A stretch of 64,000 nucleotides of DNA. Source: Octopus sinensis (lineage: Eukaryota). Location of the stretch: the NCBI RefSeq assembly GCF_006345805.1, contig NC_043005.1, positions 78,430,001 to 78,494,000 of the forward strand. The letters are read 5' to 3'. Below, piece by piece: positions 1 to 12,518 of this stretch. Under the pieces are notes generated by a model that saw only the letters and a list, made by a program, of their open reading frames with translations, was not told where the DNA came from and did no database searches. Both the position numbers and the translations under genes were made by a program. The number at the start of each line of letters is the position of its first letter. Position 1 is the stretch's first letter.

Positions 1-29
1 GCAGCAACGACAACAATAGCAAGAAGACC

Positions 30-605
30 TATAATGGCAACATGACACAAGGCCTCAATGGTGCGGACTTATGCATGTGTGTGTCTGGTGGTGGTGGTGG
101 TGGTGTTGGTGTTAATGACCATTTTTGTGGCAATGATGGCAGTGTCAGTGGTGGTGGTGGTGGTAGTGGTGGTGGTGACGCAGCTGGTGGCAATATTGAT
201 GACGGTAGTACTGGCATGGGGGTGGGGTTTGACGATGAGGGGTGTTGAAGTGGTGATGATGGTGGTGGTGGTGGTGGTGACAGTTATAGTGGTGATGGTC
301 ATGGTGATGGTCGTGGTGATGGTGGTGGTGGTAGTAGTAGTGGTAGTGGTATTAGTGGTGGTGGTATTAGTAGTGGTGGTGGTGGTATTAGTAGTGATAG
401 TAGTGGTATTAGTAGTAGTTGTAGCGGTATTAGTAGTAGTAGTAGTAGTGGTGGTGGTGGTGGTGGTGGTGGTGGTGGTGGTGGTGGTGGTAGTTGTGGT
501 AGTGGCAGTGGTGATGAGAAGAGGAGCTAGTGGCGGAATTGCTTTTGAAGAAGGCGAAGGAGTTGGTTGTCGTAAAGGTGGTGGTGATGATGTTGGAGGT
601 GACTG
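30..605. repeat. (GGT)n/(GTA)n trinucleotide low-complexity tract
   Basis: Directly visible runs of ggt and agt; these produce the poly-V, poly-T and poly-P ORFs. Confidence 0.9.
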
Positions 606-1194
606 AGGCTGTAGTAAGGACATGAAGAGGTGCATCAGCAGCAGGAGCCACAAGAGAACAAGGGGGGTGGTGGGGAGGATCTCCATGAAAGCGGAGGTGT
701 GCAGTTGTCTCCAAGGTCACGATTATCCATACAGCTAAAGAACACTAGAGGTTGACATTGTTAACTTACGTCTGCCAGAGAGTATCTCATACTCTCTCTC
801 TCCCGCTCTCTCTCTTTTGCTCGCTCTACCTCTCTCTGCACCCAGCCCCGTTTTTTTTCCCCTACCCTAATCCCGCTCCCTGTTTTTTCCAAAACACCTT
901 CATCTATCTCATCATTGGCAATTTGAAGAGCTGGATTTCCTGCTTTGCAGCCTCCGACGCCACCCCTGCTAGTGTCTCTGCTGTCGACAGGGCTCTTGAG
1001 AAAGACCTCTGCTACATCCATCCGCACATTCTGGGTCCACTAACGAGATTAATACCAATCTTATTTGTTAGGTTAATTTTAGAAAGTCCTCTCACTCTTG
1101 CACTGTCGACATGGCGCTATACCGACTGCGTGTGTCTGTTGGTTTTCTTTAGCTTTCTCCTTCTGTGTATATGTTTGTGCACTTTTAAGTGTGA

Positions 1195-1521
1195 GTGTGT
1201 GTGTGTGTGAATATATATATATATATATAATGTATGTTATGTATATATATGTGTATATATATATATATATAAAATGTATGTAATATATGTATAATTGTAT
1301 ACACATACATAAACATACAGATATATATGCATGTATGTGTGTATTCTTATATGGTTCTGTGTGTGTATACGTATATATCATATATACATATACACACACA
1401 TATGTATGTATGTGTATATATATTATATATATATATATACACACATACACACACATATGTATGTATATATACACAAACATATACATGTATATGTGTGTGT
1501 GTGTATATATATGTATGTATG

Positions 1522-1562
<41 letters not shown>

Positions 1563-1565
1563 ATA
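1195..1565. repeat. (TA)n/(TG)n compound microsatellite
   Basis: Directly visible; source of the YI/CV-rich ORFs. Similar tracts occur at 2000-2330, 4330-4500, 27340-27500, 43970-44165, 44895-45230 and 60975-61275. Confidence 0.9.
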
Positions 1566-2221
1566 TTACACCAACATAGGATCTCTTGCCTAACACTGTG
1601 ACACATTCATCATCTATAGCTGAACCGCAGTCATATTACTTTTAACTCTGCATAATTTTCTAATGGCATTCATACTACCACACACAAACACACACACACG
1701 TATGTCTGTATCTGTTGTTGTCATATATATATACCACTGGTCTCCCTGGGTTCCTTTGCATTGTTGTACTTTTCAAATGATGCCACCCAGCTGGCTAGGC
1801 AGGCAAGCCAACATCATCCCCCTGCAACGGAACACCTTTCCATTACAGGGTTACTCTATTATAGCTGAATGGACTTGAGCAATGTGAAATGAAGGGCTTT
1901 TGCTCAAGAGCATAATGTACCACCAGTCTAGGAATTTGAACACAAAAGCATCTTTCAGTCATGAGTGCAACACCCTAACCATTAGGTCATGCACCTGACA
2001 TATGTGTGTGTGTGTATGTGTGTGTATGTGTGTGTGTCTATGTGTGTATATGTATGTATATGTGTGTGTATATGTATGTATATTTGTATATATGTGTGTA
2101 TATATATGTGTGTGTATATATGTGTGTTTATATATATATGCGTGCATATATATATGTGTGTGTATATGTGTGTGTATATATATATGTGGGTGTGTATATA
2201 TATGTGTGTTTATATATATGC

Positions 2222-2266
<45 letters not shown>

Positions 2267-2333
2267 TGTGTATATATGTGTGTGTATATATATGTATGTG
2301 GGTGTGTAAAAATATGTATATGTGTGTATATAT

Positions 2334-2555
2334 CATCATCATTTAATGTCCGTTTTCCATGCTAGCATGGGTTGGACGGTTCGACTGGGGTCTGAGAAGC
2401 CAGGAGGCTGCACCAGGCTCCAGTCTGATCTGGCAGTGTTTCTACAGTTGGATGCCCTTCCTAACACCAACCACTCCGTGAGTGTAGTGGGTGCTTTTTA
2501 CATGCCACCGGCACAGGGGCCAGTGGAGGCTGGCAAACGGCCACGATTGGTTGGT
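2334..2555 (-). mobile_element. SINE/LINE-tail repeat (family C, (GAT)n tail)
   Basis: catcatcat-ttaatgtccg..ccatgctagcatgggttgg..ctacagttggatgcccttcctaac. The same block recurs at 3516-3800(-), 4498-4690(+), 12812-13078(+), 22960-23215(+), 30700-30890(+), 35200-35345(+) and 46905-47180(+). Confidence 0.8.
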
Positions 2556-3070
2556 GCTTTTAAATAGTTTAGCATATTTAGAGTTTTTGAAGTTTTCATT
2601 AATTATCATTCTAATGGATCTAATAAAGTTATATTTTAAACGTCTGGCAAAAGGGATTATAATCCAAGTAGTATTATTGTTGTTTGCTTTATTAAAAGAT
2701 TGGGTGGTGTTTAGAAGGTCAGCTATTCTCATACAAGGTATTGGTTCCTTTTTTGTTATTTTATTTCCTTCCTTATTAATTTGAGTGCTATGGTTATGCT
2801 TGTTATTGAAGTAATTTGGCATGCTTAGATTATTCTTAGTTTTTTCTGTTTATTGGCTCAATGTTCCTATTCTTATCTTTAATTATACAGTTGTCTTGTC
2901 AGTACTCTTAGGTTTATTTATATTAGTATGGTTAGGAAAGTGGTAATTACTAAAATTTATTTTACTGTTTTCCTTAGTAAAATTTCAGTTATGGTTCTCG
3001 TATTGGTTGTGTTTTTTAGTATGGTTATTTTAGTGATGATTGTCCTGTTTTTTCTTGATGTTATGTTTTA

Positions 3071-3322
3071 TCCCAAGCCCTCCACACAAGCGGAAAGACT
3101 GCACTATGAAGCTTTTGAACAAACTCAAGTATCTCCTCCAACTGAACATGCTTTAGCTTTTCTCAGACAAGTAAGATTTCTGCCAGGGTGAGGTGATGAA
3201 CACACAGAACAACTGTTGGCTTGCTGTGTCCCCAAAACATGTACCAAGAGATAAAAAGGAAACATCCAATCAACATCAGGGTGTTTAGGGTGATCACTAG
3301 TGATGGCGACGTTATTCCTCCA
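3071..3322 (+). mobile_element. Decayed Tc1/mariner-superfamily transposase fragment (probably DD37D/maT-like)
   Basis: Manual translation: KRKDCTMKLLNKLKYLLQLNML*LFSDK*DFCQGEVMNTQNNCWLAVSPKHVPR, frameshift, then KHPINIRVFRVITSDGDVIPP. FSD(E)K is the first catalytic Asp region. Two stops and one frameshift. Subfamily assignment is from recall. Confidence 0.72.
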
Positions 3323-4423
3323 GTCATCAGTTTATTCACCACACCTTGTATATAGAGAGATAGATATGTATATATATATATCTGAGTTCTCCCCTCCTCC
3401 CGTCACCTCTTGACAGTTAGTGTTGGTGCATTTACGTACTTGTAATTAGCAGTTCAGCCAATGAGACTGATAGAATAAGTACTAGGCTTAAAGGGAATTA
3501 GTCCCAGGTTAACTTCATCATCATCATCATTTAACGTCCGCTTTCCATGCTAGCATGGGTTGGACGATTTGACTGAGGGCTGGCGAACCAGATGGTTGCA
3601 CCAGACTCCAGTCTGATCTGGCAGAGTTTCTACAGCTGGATGTTCTTCCTAACGCCAACCACTTCGAGAGTGTAGTGGGTGCTTTTACGTGCCACCGGCT
3701 CGAGGGCCAATCAGGCAGTACTGGCAACGGCCATGCTCAAATTGTGTTTTTTTTTTTATGTGCCACCTGCACAGGAGCCAGTCCCAAAAACCCTTTAAGG
3801 CAGTGCTCCAGCATCGCCACAGTCAAAGGGGTGGAACAAGTTAAAGAATACATATATACACGTGATGGGATTTTGTCGGCCCAGGGTTATAGCAGATGAC
3901 ACTCTGTGGGACTGAACTTGGAACCATATCATTGGGAAGCATGCTTCTAACCACACAGCTACAATTGCACCTATATATGTGTGTGTGTGTGTGTGTGCAC
4001 TCATGCACATTTGTGCATGCATGCGTACATCATATGTATTTAGTCATGCATGTGCACACGCAACTGTACGTAAGGAGGTTTCTGACTTTCCATGAAGCAA
4101 TCAAATAATTATTTATTAATTATCCCCTATCAAACCTGTGGGTTAATGATTATACCAATCAAATTATGGATTGCTTTTGTGTGTTTGTGTGAATGTCATA
4201 TAATTTGATTTCATTGCAGACATGTATTGCATACACCTGATCAGGCGAAAGAGACTTGCACACATATGCAAACATATTTCTATGCATGCATCTTACTAAT
4301 GCACACATACAAGTGTGTGTGCGTGTTTGTATTTATATATATGTATATTTTGTGTATATATATATATATATTTGTATTTATATATATATATGTATATCTA
4401 ATATACATATATATATTTGTATT

Positions 4424-4456
<33 letters not shown>

Positions 4457-4699
4457 GTGTGTGTGTATATTTAAGATATATATATATATATATATATACA
4501 GTGCAGGTGGCACGTAAAAAGCACCCACTACACTCACGGAGTGGTTGGCGTTAGGAAGGGCATCCAGCTGTAGAAACATTGCCAGATAAGACTGGAGCCT
4601 GGTGCAGCCTTCTGGCTTCCCAGATCCCCAGTCGAACCGTCCAACCCATGCTAGCATGGAGAACGGACGTTAAACGATGATGATGATGATTTATATATA

Positions 4700-5310
4700 T
4701 ATATGTGTATATTTAATATATATATATATTTGTAATTATATATATGGATATTTTTTATATGTATGTACATATATATATATTTCTATTCATATATATATGG
4801 ATATTTTATATATATGTATATATATATTGATAGTTTATATATATATGTGTATATATATATGTATTTATATATATGGATATTTTATATATGTGTGTGTATA
4901 TATATGTATTTATATATATGGATATTTTATATGTATGCATATATATGTATTTATATATATGGATATTTTATATATGTGTGTATATATATGTATATATATA
5001 TATATGGATATTTTATATGTATACATATATTTTTATTGATATATATATTTATATATTTTTTATATATATACATTTTATCTATATATATTTATATAATTTA
5101 TATATATATATACATTTTATCTATATATGTATTTATAAATTTTTATATATACATTTTATCTATTCATGTGTACATATATATATATATATCTGTATATATA
5201 TTTCCATGTATGCATTTTTATATTTTCATATATAGTTATATATTCATTTTTATATATTTATATATATATGTATTTTTATATATACATTTTAATATATATT
5301 TATGCACGCA
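4700..5310. repeat. AT-rich minisatellite (about 36-40 bp unit with ggatatttt core, then a tatacattttatc unit)
   Basis: ggatattt recurs at about 4746, 4799, 4875, 4919, 4961 and 5006; acattttatc recurs at about 5070, 5112 and 5150. Confidence 0.8.
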
Positions 5311-6229
5311 CTCTGAAATGTATGTATATGTGTATTATTATCTGTAAGTGTGTGTAGATGGAGTCATGAAGTCACATATACGTGCATTTTACTTATTGAG
5401 AACATGCAACACGCATACCAGTAATTGTAGAATTATTGGCAGGTGGAACTATCTTAATTTATTAATAAATACATTGGTCACACTTTTTGTGAGTTTCATG
5501 ATTAGCAATAATTACCTCTAGCACATGCTCATGTATTTATGCATATATGTGCATGCATGTGATCCAAAACTGGCTTCCTATTGTCCGTGATCTTCATTAT
5601 TCATGTATGACCATTAATAATCTGTATACTATACTTATTGTGAACTGGTGAATTTAATCAGTTTATTGATAATCAACCCCTAATCACAATTTTCTCTGTC
5701 CTAAATTGCTTCCTTCGTCAGCAGTATCACAATCATTTCAGTTTTATATTGTATGGTTGTCTAATTGGTTAAGAAATTCGCTTCTCTACTTTGAATGTCT
5801 TGCTGTCGATCGTATTTCTCTGCACCTTCGGCACGTGTCTTTCACCAGTGGCATAGCTTTTGAATCCATTTATGCCATGCACATGGAATTAGATAGGAAT
5901 TGCTGAAACCCAAGATTAACTTAACTTAAAGATTAGCTTAAATTACCTGTGATCCAAAGCTCTGCTTTGTGATGTACACATAACAATAGTATACATTATG
6001 TGTGTGTGTATATATCATCATTGTCCACTTCTCATGTTCGCATGGGTTCCATGGCTTGACTGGATCTGGTAAGCTGAAGGGCTGCACTGGGCTCTATTGT
6101 TTGTTCTGGCATGGTTTCTATGGCTGGATGCTGTTCCTAACACCAACCACTCCAAGACTGCAATGGGTGCTTTTTACATGCCAGTTATGTGACGTCGGCA
6201 TTGGCCATGACTGCAATTTCACTTGGTTT

Positions 6230-6347
6230 GGTGAGTCTTCTCAAGCACTGCATATCACCAAAAGTCTTGGTCACTTGTCATCACCTCTGTGAGGCCCAGC
6301 ATTTGAAAATCATGCTTCACCATTTCGTCCCATGTCTTCTTGGGTCT
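6230..6347 (-). mobile_element. RTE LINE 3' end fragment
   Basis: Minus strand reads RPKKTWDEMVKHDFQMLGLTEVMTSDQDFW*YAVLEKT, homologous to 6990-7100. Similar pieces at 30560-30660(+), 47370-47520(-) and 63170-63370(-). Confidence 0.75.
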
Positions 6348-6370
6348 ATATAAATATATGTGTATTTGTG

Positions 6371-6640
6371 GAGGCGCATGGCTTAGTGGTTAGGGGTGTT
6401 ACACTTATGTTCTAGTGATCAAGGTTTTGATTTTCAGATTGGCTTCACATTGTGTTCTTGAGCAAAACACTTCATTTCACATTACTCCAGACCACTCAGC
6501 TGTAAAATGATGGCCCTACAATGGAATTGCCTTCCTATCAGGGGGAATATTGGCCTACTCACCTAGCCAATGGGGTAGCATCATTCAAAAGTTAAACTGA
6601 GAATAAGAATAGCCTGGGCAAGGTTCTGAGAGCTTCTATC
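6371..6640 (+). mobile_element. tRNA-derived SINE (family D, tgagcaaaacacttcatttcac core)
   Basis: A-box-like tggcttagtggttagg followed by the shared core. Relatives at 1760-1990(-), 8896-9200(+), 48575-48905(+), 53885-54100(-) and 63610-63905(+). Confidence 0.65.
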
Positions 6641-6645
6641 TCTGC

Positions 6646-7140
6646 TGGTAACAAAGGGCCTCTAGGTCAGAATGAAAGGTAGACTGTATGACACGTGTGC
6701 GAACAGCCATGCTACATGGCAGTGAATCATGGGCCATGACTGCTGAGGACATGCTTAAGCTTGAAAGAAATGAAGCTAATATGCTCTGCTGGATTTGTAA
6801 TGTCAATGTGCATACACAACAGAGTGTAAACACCCTGAGAGAAACGTTGAACATGAGAAGCATCAGATGTGGTATGCAAGAGAGATGACTGTACTGGTAT
6901 GGTCATGTCTTGCATATGGATGAGGACAGCTGTGTGAAAAAGTGTCGCACCCTAGCAGTAGAGGGAACCTGTGGAAGAGGTAGATCCAGGAAGACCTGGG
7001 ATGAGGTGGTGAGGCACGAACTTCGAACATTGGGCCTCACAGAGGTGATGATGAGTGACCAACACCTTTGGAGATATGCTCTGCTTGAAAAGACCTGGCA
7101 AGCCAAGTGAGACCATAACTGTGGCTTATGCCAGTGTAGC
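6646..7140 (+). mobile_element. RTE-clade LINE, 5'-truncated 3' fragment (C-terminal end of ORF2)
   Basis: ORFs 6688..6888 and 6910..7110 are in one frame and interrupted by a stop: MLHGSESW..LERNEANMLCWIC..ER*LYWYGHVLHM..GRGRSRKTWDEVV. The WyGHVxR and GRPxKTW motifs are typical of RTE ORF2 ends. Confidence 0.88.
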
Positions 7141-7426
7141 ATAACCAGCCCATTTAAGAGTACCCTTCAATCCTTGGGCAATAAACTGTGCTGGAGTCAA
7201 GTGAAATCATTGTTGTAGCCAATGCCAGTACCGCCTGATTGGCACCCGTGCCAGTGGCACGTTAAGAGCACCATTCGAGCATGGTTGTGGCTAGTGCCGC
7301 CCGATTAGCTCTTGTGCCGGTGGCATGTAAAAAGCACCGTTCAAGCATGGGTCAATACCAGTACTGCCAAATCAATGCCAGTACTACTCAAATCTAGCAG
7401 GTGCCAGAGACTTAAGCTAAAAGCAT

Positions 7427-7470
<44 letters not shown>

Positions 7471-8392
7471 TATACTTATATATGACAGGCTTTTTCCAGT
7501 TTCTGCCTACCGAATCCACTCACAAGTCTTTAGTTGGCCCAAGGCTGTTTGAGAAGAGACCTGACCACGCAGTGAGACTGAAACCAGAATTATGTGGTTG
7601 GGAAGCAAGCTTCTTACCACACAGCCACACCTATGAAAAATTTTAAAAAAAATAAATAAAAAGCCTGTCAGTATTTCAAATTCTTGAAATTTCTAAATTT
7701 AAGCAGATTGTTGGCAGTGATTTGGAAGTTCCAGAGTTAGAAAGATAAAATGAATAGGAATAAATGTTTATTTTATGTTTGTCGAAGATATTTCAGAGTT
7801 ATATGGCCTTAAGACTGTTGCGTTTTTAAACCTCATGAGCAAAGTATATTTCTGAGTTTTGGGAGATGTTTTTGAGGAATTTTTCACTTGTAATCTTATT
7901 GGTGTTTTTTTTTTGGAAAAGGAAGAAAGTGAGGTTTCTGATGTTGATAAAATAAATTTGTTCTTCCATCTGTCCTCCCTACCATTGGCAGGTGAGTTTG
8001 AAATTAAATTACACTGGAAGCAATATAGTTTTACTTGGGGAAAAAAAATCATACGCACACATGTGAGTATTCATACATATACACACGCATACATACCCGC
8101 ATGTGCCTATACGCACACATACTTACACACACTTATCCACATGCATCTGTGTGTTTGTGTGTGTGTGTGTGTGGTATATATATATATTTCTCTGGTTTAA
8201 TTTTTTTTTTAATTTGTCACCAGTTGGGTAAGAGCTTGTTTCTAGCCCAGAAGCAAAGCACTTTCATTGGAATTAAGGTAACATCAATGGGTGTTGGTGG
8301 GAGTCATATGTGTGTGTGTGTATGTTTGTGTGTATATAAAGTATATATGTATGTATGCGCTGAACCATGTTTGCATGTACTCTTTTATCTCT

Positions 8393-8818
8393 TTTACTTG
8401 CTTCAGTCATTAGGCCACGGCCAAGCTGGGGCACTGCCTTGAAATTTTAGTTGAAGGAATCAGCCCCAGGACTTATTTTTGAAGCCTGGTACTTATTCTA
8501 TCGGTCTCTTTTGCCAAACCACTGAGTTACGGGGATGTAAACACACCAACACTGGTTGTCAAGCAGTGATGGGGGGTGGGACAAACACAGACACAGACAC
8601 ACATACATAGATACACATGCACACACACACGTACACACACACACATATGAATATGACGGGTTTCTTTCAGTTTCCACCTACCAAATCCACTCACAAGGCT
8701 TATTTGGCTTGAGGCTATAGTAGAAGACACTTGCCCAGGATGCCATGAAATGGGACTGAACCCAGAACCGTGTGGTTGGGAAGCAAGCCTCTTATCATGT
8801 AGCCACTCCTTTGCACCT
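8393..8818 (-). mobile_element. tRNA-derived composite SINE (family A), full length
   Basis: Reverse complement of the family-A head (tggctacatgataag...ggttctgggttcagtccc), an internal (CA)n tract and the tail module (gactgaagcaagtaaaag). Confidence 0.8.
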
Positions 8819-9703
8819 AAAGTTTCTGCACATTTCGTTTATGGGTGTTGACAAAGATGTTATCATGAATGGTAAATCTGTAAGGTTTTTTGGGCATGTG
8901 GCTCAGTGGTTAAGATATTCGGCTAATGATCTTAACGTCATGAGTTCAGGTCCCATCGGCATGTATCCTTGAAAAAGACATTATTTTCATGTTGCCCGTG
9001 TCCACTCAGCTGGCTAAAATGAGCCGTGTCTGTAATTCAAAGGGCCAGCCCTCTCACATTCTGTGTCATAGTGAATCTCTCAGAGAATGTCAAGGGTACA
9101 CGTGTCTGTGGAGTGCTCAGCTGATTGCTCATAAATTGCACAAGCAGGCTGTTCTGTTGATCAGATCGACTTGAACACTCGTCATCTAAGCGACGGAATG
9201 CCAGTTTATCATCATTATCACTGTTTAACATCCGCTTTCCATGCTAGCATAGGTGGGACATGAAAACATGACTATATGTATATATTTAGTACATGTTAAA
9301 CTTATGGAATGTTTTACACATTTTGACAGTGCCTATGAAGGGGATGGATTGTAGCTGTAATCTAATTAGGTGTGTCCGTTTTTGGTTTTGTGAAGCTCAC
9401 TTTCTCAAGAGTGGCACTGAAGCAATTAGTTAGATGTCTAAATGTTCCAATTATATTTTGCAGAAGTATTAATGCTTTAAATTCTTGTAGTGATTACATT
9501 TACCCACCATGCCACATGTAGTATCAATCCCCAGAACATGTGGCAAGTTAGGCAACAAAATATATTAACGTTTTTGTAATCCCCAACCATGTACTACTAT
9601 GCTAGCAGTGTACTTGAACCCTTTCTTTATATTTCTAAGTAAAACACACTCCTTATGAGTTTCAATTAAATTCTAAAATCACCACAAATTTAGAATGGTT
9701 TCA

Positions 9704-9933
9704 TTAACCCTTTTGTTACCAACCCTGGCTGAATCCGGCTCTGGCTCTGAAGTACAAATGTCTTGTTTCCATAAGTTTTGAATTAAAATCTTCCACCATA
9801 CGTTAGTCACAATTTATGCTCCTAACACTAGCTGAATGATAGCTAAGTTATTTTACTAAATTTTTTGTTATGTTTAAAGTAATTGAAAGAAATACAGAGC
9901 ATCTCAACAGAAATATGGTAACAAAAGGGTTAA
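9704..9933. mobile_element. piggyBac-type MITE (family P1)
   Basis: TTAA-cccttttgttacc ... ggtaacaaaaggg-TTAA: perfect 13-bp TIR plus TTAA target duplication. CCC...GGG termini with TTAA are diagnostic of piggyBac. Confidence 0.85.
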
Positions 9934-10685
9934 ACAACTGTAACTATTTTATTTATCAACATTGTAATGTGGTTTTTGGAACACAATTGAAGAAAAGATT
10001 CTTAATCAATTCTCTTGCATAACTTTTGTCTCAAAGTGACTCTTATTACAGGTAAATACATGTAAACCACAAGCTGTCTTTTTTTTTCACAGCTTCTTTA
10101 CTCTCTGTGTAATGGTTTGTTTCCATAGTGATCACTTCAAACAAGCTTACATTTACATGATTTCTCCTGAAATCTGTAAAAAAAGACTGAAACAAGTAAA
10201 AGAGAGAGAGTATGTGACATCTCAGACACGAAATTTAACAAATCCAGTGCTGGCTATAATTTCTATAGAAAATCTGAAGAGATAAACTTAACAAGTGATT
10301 TAATAGCACTGCTAACACAGTAGTACACAGCATTGGCTTATAAAAGTGTTTAATATACTTTAATAGTATATTATGGGTGCATAATGAAATATCATGGGCC
10401 TACAGGTCTTTAATATTTATCTTTTACCTGTTTCAGTCATTAGACTGTGGCCATGCTGGGGTGCCGAACTTGATGACTTTTTAATCAAACAAATCATCCC
10501 TAATACTTATTTCTTTAAACCTTGTACTTATTTTATTGAATCTTTTTTGTTGAACCACTAAGTTACAGGGATGTAAACACACCAACACCTGTTTTCAAGT
10601 GGTGGTGGGAAACAAACACAGAAGCAAATACACACGCACACTTAGATAATTATACAACAGGTTTCTTGTAGTTTCCTATTTCTTT

Positions 10686-10900
10686 ACTGCCCACAAGGGA
10701 CTACACACAGAGGAGACAAAGAAGGACTGACAAATAGATTAAGTCGATTATATTGACCCCAGTGTGTAACTGGTACTTATTTAATCGACCCCGAAACGAT
10801 GAAAGGCAAAGTCGACCTCAGCGGAATTTGAACTCAGAACATAGCATCAGACGAAATACTGCTAAGCATTTCGCCTGGCGTGCTAACGTTTCTGCCAGCT
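10686..10900 (-). mobile_element. SINE (family B, gcctttcatcctttcggggtcgataaa core) inserted within a family-A SINE
   Basis: Family-A tail module at 10425-10680 and head module at 10905-11043 are split by this copy. Confidence 0.7.
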
Positions 10901-11085
10901 TGTCACCTTCTTGTAGTTTCCATCTACCAAATCCATTCACAAGGCCCAAAGCTATAATAAAAACAAAGTACCACACAGTGGGACTGAACCCGGAACCATG
11001 TGGTTGGGAAGCAAGCTTGTTACCACACAACTACACCTGCACCTATATATGTATATACATTTTTCTTACTCTTAATTTGTCACTG

Positions 11086-11141
<56 letters not shown>

Positions 11142-12280
11142 GAGAATAGTGTGGAAATAAGTGACTCACTAGTAATTAAAATCGTTATGGGAAAACATCA
11201 TTTTGTTTTGGCTGTCTTGTTTTGTAGATTTTGGTTTATTTATCATTTCAGAAAATAATTAAATAAATTTACAAAAATGTTTTTAAATTTTAAAAAGAAT
11301 TTGCAAAACAAAAAGAAAAGAGAATTCTTCCCTCATTGGGTGTTGATTCCTTTTGAGACACTAATGAGATATTGGTGATGATGGAGAGACATTTCCCTGC
11401 ATCCTGATATCAAGACTCTACTGTAAACACTCGGCATTGTTATCTTAAACTCTTTACTCTCTTCTAATTGTTACCATTCTTACCATTCTGTGTTTATTCA
11501 GACTGTTTACTGATAAGACATGAGAATCAGCAAATATGATAGCATAACACTTTGGCAAGAATAGAACATGTCGTTTTAATTAAGTCACTTATTGACATTA
11601 TGGTTAAGATTTCTTTTTTTTTTTTTTTTTTTTTGCTCAGCATTAACTAAGTCCCCGTTGTGTTTGTAGTCTTCCCTTTGTCTCTACTGAAACTCTTTGT
11701 AACAGCAAAAGATAGTTAGATTGATTCACCCCACCAACCCATCCCTTCCACCATCTATGTTTACGATCCCCTCCTTTTCTCTCTCTCTCTCTACTTGCAC
11801 TAGATCCATAAGCAGATATTTCCATTCTGTACTAATTATGCTTTTAGTGTTTCTTTCTGCAGAAAATACAGTTAAGCTTGCAATAAAATACACAAGCTTC
11901 GATAAGATATTCTTTTCTGAGCCAATGAAGGAGGCTCTTACATGGCCTCCTAACCTGGTAGAAATAGCTGAGAAAATTTCCTTCACAGTACACTTAAGCA
12001 TAGGGATTCTCAACCATTTTCTACCTGCAGAGCAGATCCCTTTGATTCCTCTTTTATTCTACTGGACCCCCATAGATATTTGATGTTTTAAAAAACAAAT
12101 CCCATTATAAGCTGTGTGGTTAGAAGCTTGCTTCCCAACCTAATGGTTCTGGGTTCAGTCCTACTTAGTGGGACATTTGGGCAAGTCTCTTCTACTATAA
12201 CCTCAGACCAAACCAAAGCTTTGTGAGTGGATTTGCTTCACAGAAACTGAAAGAAACTATAAAATTGACAGAAACTATAA

Positions 12281-12518
12281 AGGCGGTGGGTAAGCTGGTA
12301 GAAACATTTGCATGCCAGGCAAAATGCTTAGTAGTATTTCGTCTGCCATTATGTTCTGAGTTCAAATTCCGCCAAGGCCGACTTTGCCTTTCATCCTTTC
12401 AGGATCGATAAATTAATTACCAGTTATTCACTGGGGTCGATGTAATCGACTTAATCCCTTTGTCTGTCCTTGTTTGTCCCCTCTAAGTTTTATCCCCCTG
12501 TGAGCAATAAGGAAATAA
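12281..12518 (+). mobile_element. SINE (family B)
   Basis: aaggcgg..agctggtagaaac..gttctgagttcaaattccgcc..ctttcatcctttcaggatcgataaattaa; B-box-like GAGTTCAAATTC. Other copies at 41235-41462(-), 58050-58270(-) and 34780-34950(-). Confidence 0.75.

Noticed and set aside
29-720. Long ORFs encoding poly-Thr, poly-Val, poly-Pro and poly-His (mucin-like appearance)
   Set aside because: Open in several frames on both strands because the (GGT)/(GTA) repeats lack stops; no splice or domain evidence.
3040-3075. VLFFLDVMFYP resembling the UGGT motif ILFLDVLFPL
   Set aside because: No flanking WGYK or VDADQ, no splice sites in suitable positions, and it lies at a TE junction; coincidental.
5700-5740. 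CUGACGA on the minus strand as another hammerhead
   Set aside because: No stem II closure or GAAA at the right spacing.
7859-7990. Strong donor-like CAG|GTGAGT ending an open frame (also GGCAG|GTAAGG at about 31400)
   Set aside because: The peptides are not UGGT-like or otherwise recognisable, and no convincing paired exon chain exists.
11721-12083. 120-aa ORF with an acceptor-like ctgcag
   Set aside because: No recognisable homology or codon pattern; within the chance range for this window.
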